Assembly (NCBI GenBank): GCA_030264375.1
Contig: JASCQW010000109.1
Coordinates: 35,710,361 to 35,774,360 of the forward strand
DNA from: Carcharhinus longimanus
Taxonomy: Eukaryota
DNA length: 64,000 nt
Direction of reading: 5' to 3'
In this document: positions 1-12,112 of the stretch, in pieces
Numbering within the stretch: position 1 is the stretch's first letter
Layout: each line of letters starts with the position of its first letter
Program-made: the position numbers and the translations under genes
Notes under the pieces: model-generated
The model's input: the letters and a program-made list of their open reading frames with translations, nothing else
The model's database searches: none
What the model was told of the DNA's origin: nothing

Positions 1-170
1 CTTGAGTTCTAGTCTCTGCCAATGGTAGAAATATCCTCTCCATGTCCGCTCTATCTAGGCTTCTCAGTATTCTGTAAGTTTCAATTAGATTCCTTCCTCA
101 TCCTTCTAAACTCCATCGAGTGTAGGCCCAGACTCCTCAGCCATTCCTCATATGACAGACACTTCATTCC
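1..170 (-). mobile_element. CR1 LINE ORF2 3' fragment
   Basis: Minus-strand translation ..PGMKCLSYEEWLRSLGLHSMEFRRMR, a typical CR1 ORF2 C-terminus; interrupted by the HE1 SINE at 172. Confidence 0.8.
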
Positions 171-171
171 T

Positions 172-305
172 GGGCGGCATGGTAGCACAGTGATTAGCAC
201 TGCTGCTTCACAGCTCCAGGGACCTGCATTCGATTCCCGGCTTGGGTCACTGTCTGTGTGGAGTTTGCACATTCTCCTCGTGTCTGTGTGGGTTTCCTCC
301 GGGTG
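172..305 (+). mobile_element. HE1-type (V-SINE) tRNA-derived SINE, truncated by assembly gap
   Basis: GGGCGGCATGGTAGCACAGTGATTAGCACTGCTGCTTCACAGC head with Pol III A/B boxes (TTCGATTCC), then the V-domain TGTGTGGAGTTTGCACATTCTCC..GGGTTTCCTCCGGGTG. Confidence 0.88.
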
Positions 306-424
306 NNNNNNNNNNNNNNNNNNNNNNNNNNNNNNNNNNNNNNNNNNNNNNNNNNNNNNNNNNNNNNNNNNNNNNNNNNNNNNNNNNNNNNNNNNNNNNN
401 NNNNNCACTATAAAAATTGCCTAT

Positions 425-2020
425 GTATGTCCAGTATCCAATGACTGCCTCATCAGTCTACAATCATTCATCAGTAAAGTAATGGAAGGAGTCAACAAAC
501 ATGCCATCAAGCAGCACTTGCTTATCAATAACTGGCTCACTTATGCTCAGTTTGGGTTTTGGCTGGGCCACTCAGCTCCTGATTTTATTTATGACAGCCT
601 TAGTTCGAGCATGAACAAAAAAGCCAAACCCCAGAGGTGAGGTGAGAGTAACTGCCCTTGACATCAAGGCAGTATTTAATAGAGTGTGGCATCGAGGAAC
701 CCGAGCAAAGCTGTAGTCTATGGAAATCAAGGGGAAAACTCTTTGCTGGTTGGGGTCATATCTGACACAAAGGAAGATGGTTGTGGTGATTGGAGGTCAA
801 TTATCTCAGTTCTACAACATAATTGCTGGTCATAAGTTCCTTAACCATCTGTATCTCTGTTCTGCCATTCACACATTCTGTTCACTTAATGGACACTTTT
901 CATACCTTTCTCAGCCTTCTTCATCCTCATTTACATTCCCTTTATCCAATTAAACCCCCCCCCCACCTCATAGTATAAATCTCTGTTAAGTCTTTTGCTC
1001 AGCTTTGATGAAGGGTCATCTAGATTCAAAATGTTGACTCTATTCTCTCTCCACAGGTGCTGTCGAACCAGCTGAGATTTTCCAGCATTTTCTGTTTTTG
1101 TGATATAATCGCAAGAGTTCGTCAGAATAGTGTCTTAGGCCCAACCATTTTCAATGGCTTCATCAATGACCTACCTTCCATTATCAGGTCAGGAGTGGGG
1201 ATGTTGGCTATTGCACAAAATTAAGCATCCTTCACGGCTCCTCAGATACTGAAGCAGATCATCCTCAAATGCAGCAAGACCTGGACAATGTCCAGGCTTG
1301 GGCTGGTGAATGACAAGTAACCTTTATGCTAGGTAATGACCATCTACAACAAGAGACAATCTTATTGTTGCTCCTTGATATTCAATGGAGCTGCAGTTGC
1401 TGACTCCTCCACCATCAGCTCCCTGGGGGTTACCATTGATCAGAAATTGAACAAGACAAACCATATAAATATTATGGCTACAAGAGCAGGTCAGAGGCTA
1501 GGAATCCTGAGATGTATAACTCACCTCCTGACTCCCCAGATTCTGTCCTCTATCCACAAGGCAGAAGTGTGATTAGCTTCCCCATGCCTGGAATCCTCTC
1601 CTATTGCATAGCTGAGTGTAACTCCAACAGCACCCAGGAAGCTCAATGCCATCCAGGAAAAACAGATCACTTGATTGTTCAGTACAAGATGCACTGCAGG
1701 AATTCACCTGAGACAACACTTTTCAACCCCACTTTTCTGCCACACTATAAAAAGACAAGGACAGCAGATGTGTGGGAACATCACCAATTTCCCCTCCAAG
1801 TCCCTCACCATTCTCATTTAGAAATATATTGCCATTCCCTCACTGTCACTAAGTCAAAATCCTGGAGCTCCATCTCTAACAGTACTGAATGTATCTACGC
1901 CTCATGGACTGCAACATTTCAATAAGGCAGTTCTCCACCATCTTCTCAAGGTCAATTAGGGATAGGCAATAAATACTGGCCTAGCTAGCGACACCCACAT
2001 TCCATAAAAATGAATTAAAA
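425..2020 (+). mobile_element. Decayed CR1-clade LINE (family with ..CCCACATCCC..GAATAAAA-type tail), RT to 3' end
   Basis: Broken RT motifs: ISLQSFISKVMEGV, AQFGF..GHSAPD, LDIKAVFNRVWH, LGVTIDQKL, RAGQRLGILR. Tail GGCCTAGCTAGCGACACCCACATTCCATAAAAATGAATTAAAA. Interrupted by a Penelope terminus. Confidence 0.8.
830..1100 (+). mobile_element. Penelope-like element 3' terminus (pseudo-LTR) with decayed hammerhead motif
   Basis: Ends GCTGAGATTTTCCAGCATTTTCTGTTTTT, preceded by TTGATGAAGGGTCATCTAGATTCAAAATGTT. Homologous reverse copies at 11470-11580 and 55340-55740. Confidence 0.65.
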
Positions 2021-2959
2021 TTAAGGATAATGCTTGCTTTCGGGAATTGTCATATATGATTATCCAACTCTCGGTCCTGTTGAGGTCTTGCTGTGGCTCA
2101 CTACATGATTTCAACACATCATCTACCTTCTCAAATGCAATTCAGGGTGGGCAATAAATGCAAGCCTAGCCACTAATGCCCAAATCCTGTGAATACATTT
2201 TTTAAAACCTGGAGAAACGTATACACACACGGTTCCCCAAAATATGTGCAATGTCCTGAGGTTCCTACACGATGCAGGAATTTCAACCAACAGTTCGATC
2301 CATAATCTAAAGGAATAATCTATTCATTTTCTTAGTGTCAAGTTAAAGTATTAATTTCAATTAGTGCCTCCAGACTTTAGCTCTCACTGTCTCACACTAT
2401 CTTTCTAGCTTTGCTTGGCTAATTTTTAAATATCAAATCAGCACCTTTCATTTGCATAGGATTCCCCCACTTGCCAAATTCTCCCAGTTCAGTACTCCAT
2501 CAAAAGAGAACTGAGGACTTCACTCTGTGTCATTTACAGTTGGGCCAAATGTTCTGTTTCTGTGCTGTAAATACTTTGTAATTATGCTTTACCCGTACAT
2601 TCTGTTTTCTATTTCATCGCCACCATTACAATTGCAAAGATGAATGATGAGCATATCTTTAAAAAATCCCTTTTGGAGTGCCAGGTGGTACGTGCATCAC
2701 AGCTGTATTCCCACCACAGTTCGTTCCAACTCCAACTTCAAGAATCATTTGAAGGCTGACGCCAGAGGCCTATCATTGATTTTTCTTCACTGGTGCAGCA
2801 GGCATCCACGTCTGGCCAATCTAGATCAGATGAGGCCCTTGGCCTAATTTTAAGATATCACACTTTGAGACATTTTATTATGTTAACAGTATTCTGTAAT
2901 AAACCAGCCTCCCATCCATTGCCACTGTTGGTACTTTTGGTTGCCTCGGAAAAGCAGCC

Positions 2960-5322
2960 AGCATAATCAACTATCCAATGGGTAGTGGATCCCAAGAAAA
3001 GGGATTTATGGAATATCCAAGAGCTGGGAGTAGGCAATTCTGGATTTGGTGACGTGCAGTGAGACAGACTTGATTAGGGAACTTAAGGTGAAGGGAGCAG
3101 TGACCACAGTATGATAGAATTTGTAGTTTATTGCAGTTTGAGAGGGAGAAGCTGGAATCCGATGTAGCAGTTTTACAATTAAATAAAGATAATTACAAAG
3201 GCTTGAGGGAGGAGCTGGCTAGAGTTGATTGGAAAACGAGCCTAGCAGGAAAGACCGTGTAACAACAGTGGCAAGAGATTTTGGGGTTATTCGGGAAGCA
3301 CAACAGAAATTTATCTCAAGGAGGAAGAAACGTGCTAAGGGGAGGGCAAGGCATCCATGGCTGACGAGGGAAGTTAAGGACAGTATAAAAGCAAAAGAGA
3401 AAGCACACAAAGTAGCGAGGATAAGTGGGAAGCCAGAAGATTGGGAAGCCCTTTAAAGTGAACAGAGGACAATTAAAAAAAAATAAGGGGGAGAAGATGA
3501 AATATGAATGTAAGGTAGCTAGTAATATAAAAGAAGAAAGGAAGAGTATTTCTTTCAATATATAAAAGGTAAGAAAGAGGCAAAAATAGACATTGGACCA
3601 CTGGAAAATGAGGCTGGAGAAATAATAATAGGAAACAAAGCAATGGCAGAGGAATTGAATAGTTACTTGCATCAGCCTTCACGGTGGAGACACCAGTGGG
3701 ATGCCAGAACTCCAGGAGAGTCAGGGGGCACAGGTGAGTATAGTGGCCATCACTAAGGAGAAGGTTCTGGGAAAACTGAAAGATCTGAAGCTGGATAAAT
3801 CACCTGGATCAAATGGGCTACACTCCAGCATTCTAAAAGAGATAGCTGAGGAAATTGTGGAGGCATTGGTGGTGATCTTTCAGGAATCACTGGAGACAGA
3901 GACGGTCCTAGAGGACCGGGAAGTAGCTAATGTAACATTGCTGTTTAAGAAGGAAGGGGGGCAGCAGATGGGAAATTATGGACCGGTTAGCCTGACTTCA
4001 GTCACTGGCAAGATTTTAGAGTCCATTATTAAAGATGAGATCGTGGAGTACTTGGAAGTGCATGATAAAATAGGACTGAGTCGGCATGGCTTTGTCAAGG
4101 GAGGTCATGTCTCACTAATCTGTCCTTTGAGGAGGTAACAAGGAAGTTAGATAAAGGAAAATCAGTGAACATGATTTATTTAGATTTCCAAAAGGCCTTT
4201 GACAAGGTGCCTCTTTGAAGATTGTTAAATAAGTTAAGAACCCATGGTGTTAAGGGCAAGATCCTGGCATGGATAGAGGATTGGCTGACTGGCAGATGGC
4301 AGAGAGTGGGGATAAAAGGGTCTTTCTCAGGATGGCAGTCGGTGACTAGTGGTGTGCCTCAGAGGTTGGTGCTGGGACCACAACTTTTCACAATATACAT
4401 TAATGATTTGGAAGAAGGAACTGAAGGCATTGTTGCTAAGTTTGCAGATGATACAAAGGTATGTAGAGGGACAAGTAGTATTGAGGAAGCAAGAGGGCTA
4501 TAGAAGGACTTGGATAGGTTAGGAGAGTGTGCAAAGAAGTGGCAGATGCAATACAATGTGGAAAACTGTGAGGTTATGCACTTTGGAAGAGGAATGGAGG
4601 CACAGACTATTTCCTAAGTGGGGAAGTGCTTAGGAAATCAAAAACATAAAGGGACTTGGGAGCCCTTGTTGAAGATTCTCTTAAGGTTAATATCCAGGTT
4701 CAGTCAGCAATTAGGAAGGCAAATGCAATGTTAGCAAACATGTTGAGAAGGCTAGAATACAACAGAAGGCTGTATACACTCTGGTCAGATCTCATTTGGA
4801 GTATTGTGAGCAGTTTTGGGCCCCGTCTCTAAGGAAGGATGTGCTGACCTTGGAAAGGGTCCAGGGGAGGTTCACAAGAATGATCCCTGGAATGAAGAGC
4901 TTGTCATCTGAGGAACAGTTGAGGACTCTGGAGCTTAGAAGGAAGAGGGTGGATCTTACTGAAACTTACAGGATACAGCGAGGGCTGTGTAGAGTGGATG
5001 TAGAGAGGTTGTTTCCACTAGTAGGAGAAACTAGAACCAGAGGGCACAACCTCAGACTGAAAGGATGATCCTTTGGAACAGAGATGAGGAGGAATTTCTT
5101 CAGCCAGAGAGGGGTGAATCCGGGGAACTCTTTGCCGCAGATGACTGTGGAGGCTAGGTCATTGAGTGTCTTTAAGACAGATAGATAGGTTCTTGATTAA
5201 TAAGGGTATCAGGGTTATGGGGAAAAGGCAAGAGAATGGGGATGAAAAAGGTATCAGCCATGATTGAATAGTGGAGCAGACTCGATGGGCTGAGTGGCCT
5301 AATTCTGCTCCTATGTCTTATG
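2960..5322 (+). mobile_element. CR1 (HER1-like) LINE, 5'-truncated, ORF2 pseudogenised
   Basis: ORFs 3701-4138 (KSPG.NGLH..ILKE, NYGPVSLTSVTGKILE), 4222-4503 (SGVPQ..VLGP.LF.IYINDL, KFADDTK) and 4796-5068 (EYCEQFWAP, LERVQGRFTRMIPGM). Tail AATTCTGCTCCTATGTCTTATG. Confidence 0.93.
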
Positions 5323-7631
5323 TCATATAATTAAGCAGGTAAAAACTTGAGAATTAGGGACCACAATGTTATAAAAATACAGAATCTGTGAAATTGGCTG
5401 GAAAAAATGAAGTCTCTGAAATAATGCAGAAAAGTAAAGAAAAGAAGAATTATATGAGAGAGGGAAATTGGAGGGATAATATAACAAGTAGAAGTGAATG
5501 ATTTTTGTTAAAAATTGTTTGAAGTATATATTTTAGTTTTGTATGATTATAATTATAACTAGTCTTAATATTTGACTTACATTATTACTGGGTAATTGCT
5601 TATTATTTCCAATATCACAATGTGAGAACTGAAAGCAACTGAAATTGACTGGCCTAGAATCAGAAATTGTTCTGGTCTTCTCTGTGGCCTAAGTGTTGAT
5701 TCATTCCTCCTTTCCTGACCCTGTCTAATATTTCCTCTGTAGATGACCTAGGTATTCATTACTTGCTGCCTTCTGCTAACAAATCTGGGGGGAAAAAAAT
5801 CTGAAAAGTTTTCTTTTTCATTTGGTCCTTCATCACGGCTAGATGTTCAAATCAGATATCACAGCTATTTTGTTTTATCTTATAAAAAAATGTAGTTTGG
5901 CCTTTGGATTTGTTTTGGCATTCAAAATTAGCTGCTATGTTCTTGATACATGGTTCTCTGTATTTATTTTTACATCCTTCAAAATAAGCTCCGATTTTCT
6001 CTATCTTCCCGAACGTGGGAAACATTTGCTAAGGATCAGATACTGAGACTTAAAGAGCCTTTTGATAGGGCTGAAATATTGATAATAGAATAATGTGCAT
6101 TCTGATATCATCATATATTGAATTACTTCAAACAATATTCTTAAAATAAAACTCTCTCTCTCTAAAGTAGCACTTCAGAACAATTTTATGGGGAAGTGCT
6201 ACATTTTTAGAGTTGCCATCCTGAGGCTTGGCTGTTTATTCAAGTGTTTCAATGGTTTCGGTGGGTGTTATGGCAATCTTTGAAGTAAGGGTGGAATTCT
6301 CCAGACGAACAAGCTGACATTCTTTCTCCAAGCATTTCCACAGACACAAGGGAGTTAGTTCTCTCCTTTTTTCCACCTCTTGACACGGCACAGAAAGAGG
6401 TGTTTTAAATAGGTAGAAACCATAGAAACCCTATAGCGCAGAAGGAGACCATTCAGCCCATCAAGTCTGTGCTGACAACAATCCCACCCCAGTGCTTTAA
6501 AGTACTTTTAAACTTTTACTACTTTTAACACTGACTTTCAAGAACAGACACAACATGTTTTCTCATCAGTTTAAAAAAATAAATGTTTATTTCTCAACCT
6601 CCAAATATATTCATAATAACACTCGCTCATGCCCACGCACAAGAAATGGTGAATACAAGTGAGGTCGCGCACACTTAAGTGTTTAAAAAGTCCAAAAAAT
6701 ACTATTATTCTTGAGTCTTTCAGGATGAAAATGGTGATGAGAAAAGAGGTAACATGCACTTATGTTTTTAAGGAGTCCAGAAAGGCACTATTGCTCTTGA
6801 GTCTTTTGAGATGTAAGCTACAGATGTTGCAGACTTAATGAGTAGGTTTTTATGGCCTCGCACTAGTGAGACCAGTGTATCCTGCCGCAGGTCAATGGAC
6901 ATTTCTGAGTCTGTGGCAGGTGGGGTGGGTAGAATTCTGGTGGACTATTCTATTTTGCTTAACTGAAGAAATGAAGGTTGGAGGTTTCTGGTGACGAATT
7001 CATGACAATTTATTACTTGTTACATTAGATTCCTGGATTTCCCCTTGTTGATGCACAGATGACCATAGGATTGGTTTCTCATAGTTGATGCAAATGGCCC
7101 TTGATGACATAAGCATTGACACAGAATAGGGTATGAAACCTGGCCATTTGAATCTCTTCATGATAGAATGGTTTCTTCTCACTCCAACTGTATGGAATTT
7201 CATACTGCAGTTACCAAATCTGTGGGGTCGTTGTGCAATAGTTCATTTGAGTATTCGGACAATAGCAGCTGTTAAATTCACAAGTGAAGTATGTTGCATT
7301 TTTAATGTCTTCGCAATGAAATATTCCAAGAAGTCATTTACATTTTAATGTCCTGACTAAATAAACAGGCGAATTTCCAGCCTTGGGCAGTTGCATGTAC
7401 ATTTGATAGACACAGAGGGAGGAAAGTCCACTCGACCTCTTGACTCAATCTTGCTTCAGTGTCAGTAGTCCCTTTCCCATTCTGCATATAGATCAACTTA
7501 GATGTTAATGTGGTGTACAGTGGTATTCATGTCTATTAAACAAGCAGTTTGTGTCTGTCCTAGTGGCTGGTAATAAGAAGTTTTATTAAATGTTTTAATA
7601 ATTGCTATTTTTCTATCTCTTCTTTCCACAG

Positions 7632-7865
7632 GAGGTATTACATTTGGGGAAAGAAATTCCTTCCAATCCCTATTATTGCCAGCTTGATGGTCAGATGTCC
7701 CACATATTTACTGAGACTTTGGGCAAATACACCCTAGTCGGTGAATCATTGAATGTGACTGCCGCAAAGCGCTTGAGGCTAGTTCTGTTTGCACCAGGAA
7801 CATGCACATCATTGGAGTATAACATACGGGTCTACTGTCTGGAAGATACTCAGAATGCACTGAAG
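7632..7865 (+). CDS. UNC5A: UNC5A-like netrin receptor, internal coding exon (ZU5 C-terminal part / start of UPA), 234 nt, phase 0-0
   Basis: Polypyrimidine tract + CAG acceptor (ttctttccacag|GAG), donor AAG|gtaacc. Translation EVLHLGKEIPSNPYYCQLDGQMSHIFTETLGKYTLVGESLNVTAAKRLRLVLFAPGTCTSLEYNIRVYCLEDTQNALK resembles vertebrate UNC5A (VLHLGE..PS..YYCQL...AAKRL.L.LFAP..CTSLEYNIRVYCL.DT..ALK). UNC5 family is certain; the paralog call is from recalled sequence. Confidence 0.93.
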
Positions 7866-8289
7866 GTAACCAATTAATCCAAAGTTTCAAGACAAAGCTA
7901 TTGCTTTCATAGGGTTGTATCATATTAATCATGTTACGATGAGTAATAATAAGTAAAAACTCAGCTGTTGATTAGCAGTTCAAAAAATGTGAAGGTTGAG
8001 CACTTAGTGAGTGACCTATCCTAATTTACAATCCATTGTTTAATCAGAAGCTAATTGCTGCTATTCGATTGTAATTTACACTTAAATTTTTCTTTCTCTA
8101 GTTTAAAACAGCAGTATTTCTTTCACATTCGTGAACATCGGTCATACTTGATATAACAGTGTAAAAGGATAGTTGAGTGGGTAGATAATGTGTGAAAATA
8201 GGAGGTTCTCTGCATTGCAGAGCCAAATATGATTTAAATGGAGATAGGCTGTAGATTTTTGCAGTACAGAGTGTACACACAAAGGGCCA

Positions 8290-9215
8290 GAGGTGGAATT
8301 CTACCAAAATAGTTCTTAAGTGTTGAATTTGTGTAAAAACTGGAGTAAATCCCACTGCTTTTTCAGTGAGATTTTCAAAATAAATCTCTCACACTCTTGA
8401 TGCACAGAGTGCCCTAATGTGAATCTCGTTAAAATTCTTGGGGTGAGGCCTATTGCCACTGTAGAGGTTGGCAGCATAGCGCTGAGTAGGCCATTGCACA
8501 TGCACCAATTGAAATAGCAGAGATTGGCATGTGTGCAGTAAGCCGTACTGCCGGCCTCTCGATTGCTGGTTAGCTCGATTGCTGGCCAACCCCACAACAC
8601 TGCCCCTCCAATCCTCTCATTGCTGGCCTCCCAGACATCTCCAGGCCAGCCTTGATCTCCCCACCCACCCTCCTGCAGTAGTCTCATCTGCCCCCCCGAC
8701 AAAGATCTCCCCCCACAGGCCCTGCCCCCTTTATGTCCCACCCTCCCTGCCCCCATTATGCCCCACCCACTTGGTACTGCCCAATGCCTGGTGGGTGGTG
8801 CCAAGGGCATTGCCACTTTGTCCCTTGGTCAGTGTCAGGAGGTCAGGCTGGCAATGTCTGGGGGCACCCCTCACCCTGCCTTCATGCACGCCCCCCTCTT
8901 CACTTCAGTGGGGTTGGGCTGCCAGCTACCCATTGATGGGAGCTGTTGTAAACTCTCCTGGAGTGAAATACTCCTGGCAGGAGTGGAGGAGAGGCTATCG
9001 GTCCCGGAAACTTCACTCCCAGACCCGTTAATCAGATTCAAATTAAAATTTAAATATTTTAATCAGCTTTGCACCAATTTCTGGCATAGGGTTGATGATG
9101 CCAGAGATGCATGGAGGCCGTGATGCAGTGCGGAAGGCCAATACACAGCCTCTGCTTATGCTTGTCGGGCCACTGAGCTGCTCGAGCAGCGCAGCAGATT
9201 GGGAGAATTGCCCCC
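8290..9215. mobile_element. Non-autonomous DNA transposon, PIF/Harbinger-like
   Basis: GC-rich block bounded by imperfect inverted ends GGTGGAATTCTACC ... GGGAGAATTGCCCCC. The overlapping ORFs are low-complexity with no recognisable protein motif. Confidence 0.5.
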
Positions 9216-9221
9216 AGGTAA

Positions 9222-9858
9222 ATAGAAAGACAAGTGCAAGGCTGATACCTCTTGCAAAGGGGTTGGAGTATATATGTAAGGAAGCCTTACTACAACTGTT
9301 CAGAACATTGCTGAGATCATACATAGATTTTGGATCTTAGATTCCTAACTTAAGGATAGCATAGTTGCATTCAAGGCAGTTCAGAGACTGTTTAATGCAT
9401 TGATTCTGGGATGAAAGGATTGTTGAAAAGGGTTGGACAGATTGGACCTTTGTTCATTTGTAATTCAAAGAATGAGAAGTGATCTAATAGAAACAAAATT
9501 CTGAGCGGGAGCTTTGACAGGTAGTTGCTGTGGGTGTTTCTCTTCATGGAGGAATTGAGAAACAGGAGGCATGGTTTGAAAATAAAGGGTCTCCCATTGA
9601 CAGACGAGCAATTTCTTCTCTCAGAGGTCATTGGTGTTTGGAATAAGCTGCCTTGAGAGCAGTGGATGTTATAATGTTGAAATATTCAAAGTTGGATTTA
9701 ACAATTTTTTCATCCACAGAGGATTCAAGGGTTACAGGGACAGTCAGAAAAGAGGAATTAAGGTCACAATCAGATCAATCATGATCTTATTGAATGGCAG
9801 AGCAGATTTGAAGGGTCAATGGCCTACTTCTGCTCCTATTATTTATGTTTTTATGTGA
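9222..9858 (+). mobile_element. Old CR1 LINE 3' fragment
   Basis: IAKGLEY..KE.LLQL.RTL-like remnant, and tail AAGGGTCAATGGCCTACTTCTGCTCCTATT. Confidence 0.8.
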
Positions 9859-10352
9859 CATTTTAATAATGTCTCAAATCATTCAATTCAATGTATTTAG
9901 CTTAATTTTGCTATAGTTTGGCTCAACACAATGTACACTATTTGTTCCTTGAGAGGTTCGCAGAACGCCTGAAGCCAATACAAAATATTTTCTGTCACTG
10001 ATCAGTGAGGATTACATCTGAGACTAATTTCTGATATCTTAAAAACTGATTCTAATTACACAACTATCCTACTTGAAACAAAACTACATAATGAGATAGT
10101 TCGACCATTTTCCCATAGAAAAGATTTCTAAAAGGAATTGTTTTAAATTTAGGGTTTTTAGAGCAAAATATTTTTAAAGCTTTTTTAAACGCACCTAAAC
10201 TAAAGGATAATTGTGCAAATAAAAGTAGTTTTTCACAAAGCTTTTCAACAAAAATCAATGCATCCATTTTTTCCAGTAATCGGAAACACCATTGTGTTAA
10301 AATGTCTGTGATTCCTCTGTGTGAACAGAGGAAGATTGAACACAGCGATCGA

Positions 10353-10740
10353 AACATAGAAACTAGAAGCAGGAGTATGCCGTTCGGCCCTTCGAGCCTA
10401 CTCCACTATTTATTTTGATCATCACTGATAATCGAATTCAATATCCTGATTTCCCCTCCCTCCCCCGTATCCCTTTAGCCTTGAGAGTTATATCTAATTT
10501 CTTCTTGAAATCAGACAACATTCTGGCATCAATTCCATTCTGTGATTGCGAATTCCACCCAGAAGGTGGTGAATGTATGAAGAAATTTCTCTTCACCTCA
10601 GTTCTAAAAGGTTTATCCCTTATTCTCAAACTATGACCCCAAGATTTGGACTCCTTCACCATGGGGAACATTCTTTCTGAATTTATTCTGTCTAACACCT
10701 GTTAGAATTTTATAAATTTCTATGTAATCCCCTCTCACTT
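10353..10740 (-). mobile_element. CR1 LINE 3' end
   Basis: ORF 10438-10698(-) ERMFPMV.ESK..GHSLRIR..PFRTEVKRNFF..WNS. Reverse tail ACATAGAAACTAGAAGCAGGAGTA. Confidence 0.85.
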
Positions 10741-11469
10741 TAAGGCATGAGTAGTCAGTCAGGATTTCAGAAAAAGGGGGGACTTTCAACAAGGTTAAGA
10801 AATTTGAAATGCTTCATATGCCTGATCTTCTCAGAGAAAGGCATGAGGTATTAGGGGATGGACTGAACTGATCAATCAGTCTAACTCATTTTTCTGGGTG
10901 AGGAATCATTAGTTATGCATTAGGTTTTTAGTGCGGTTCTCATCTACAGAAGAAGCCAGACAATGCCATTAAGATGCAGTAGCACCAGAAGAAAATGACA
11001 CCGAATGGAAAGTGACAAAAAAAACCCCAAGTATCTGGCCAGAAGATTCCCCTTTGATACGTTTTGAGGCCTGTGAAGTAAAAGAGATGGTCACTAATGG
11101 AACTTCTCCCCTCTGAAAGGCACTTTGATGAGCCCTTACATTGCTATTCCAGCTATTGCCACCATCAGGGCAGTCCCTGATCAATGGTAGTACTTGCAGA
11201 AGGCAGGAGGATGAATTGTTTCACCATTGTTTGCATAAGGAGTGATCATCAAAGGACAAGTGGTTGCTTTTTCTGTTTAAGAGAGCAAACACCCATGTCT
11301 CATCTTACTAGGTCTGAAATACAGTAGCGATCTTCTTCATCTGATTTTCTATCATAACACATTATACCCACATGACTTCAGGTGATTTTGTGAAAGACAA
11401 TGAAGTATCTGACATTTGGATGGTCTTTGTTCTTTAAGGATTTTGGAAAGTAAGTTTTGGATCTTTTGC

Positions 11470-11580
11470 CAAAAGAGAAAAAGTGCTGGAAAATCTCAGC
11501 AGGTCTGGCAGCATCTGTAAAGAGAGAGAAGAGCTAACGTTTCGAGTCCAAATGACCCTTTGTCAAAGCTAAAAGGCATA
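11470..11580 (-). mobile_element. Penelope-like element 3' terminus
   Basis: Reverse complement of the ..GACCTGCTGAGATTTTCCAGCACTTTTTCTCTTTT tail; contains the hammerhead-like motif at 11532-11570. Confidence 0.7.
11532..11570 (-). ncRNA. Minimal type I hammerhead ribozyme motif, U3-A8 core variant
   Basis: Minus strand AGCU-UUGACAA-A-GGGUC-AUUUG-GACUC-GAAA-CG-UU-AGCU: helix I 4 bp, helix II 5 bp, palindromic AACGUU at helix III. Confidence 0.55.
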
Positions 11581-12112
11581 GATGGTGCATCTTCAGTTCT
11601 TTCTGCAGTTGGAAAGTTGACTGATCATCAGCCAAATTTTTGGGATCTGTAATCAAAAACGGAAATAGTGCATCTTTGATTAGTAAATCAACTCAAACCT
11701 CATTATCAAAATTTACATGGCTGTTGGCAGATCACAGACTGGAATAAATTGTCACTCACATAATGTATACAAGCACTTTGGCTGCACTTCCCATTTCTCC
11801 TTTCATTGGACCAGCTGAGATCAAAAACATACTGGCTCGCATTTTGCAAAAGTAACGTTGGTGGTGAAACTGTCCACATTGACTGTCATTATTCCATTCA
11901 AACTGACAGCAAAAAGAGCCTGCACATGCGAATGTCCAGAAGTTGCTGTCAGTGATTAGTGTTCCTCAAGTGAGTGCATTATTAAGGTATCCCTCAACTG
12001 AAAACAATAGAAAATCTGTGAATGGACGAGAACTTTTTGAACTGTTGCGCTCACGGCAACAGCTCTTGAAAAAGTTACAATTTGTTACTTCACACCTTTA
12101 TTGTGTCATTCA

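Noticed and set aside
172-245. tRNA-like sequence with A and B boxes (also other copies)
   Set aside because: SINE heads, not tRNA genes; each continues into a SINE body.
7629-7634. CAGGAG tandem (NAGNAG) acceptor
   Set aside because: GAG acceptors are rarely used, and the GAG is explained by the first codon of the exon.
8316-9123. Several overlapping 120-166 aa ORFs on both strands
   Set aside because: GC-rich, stop-poor interior of a non-autonomous transposon; Pro/Gly-rich with no domain.
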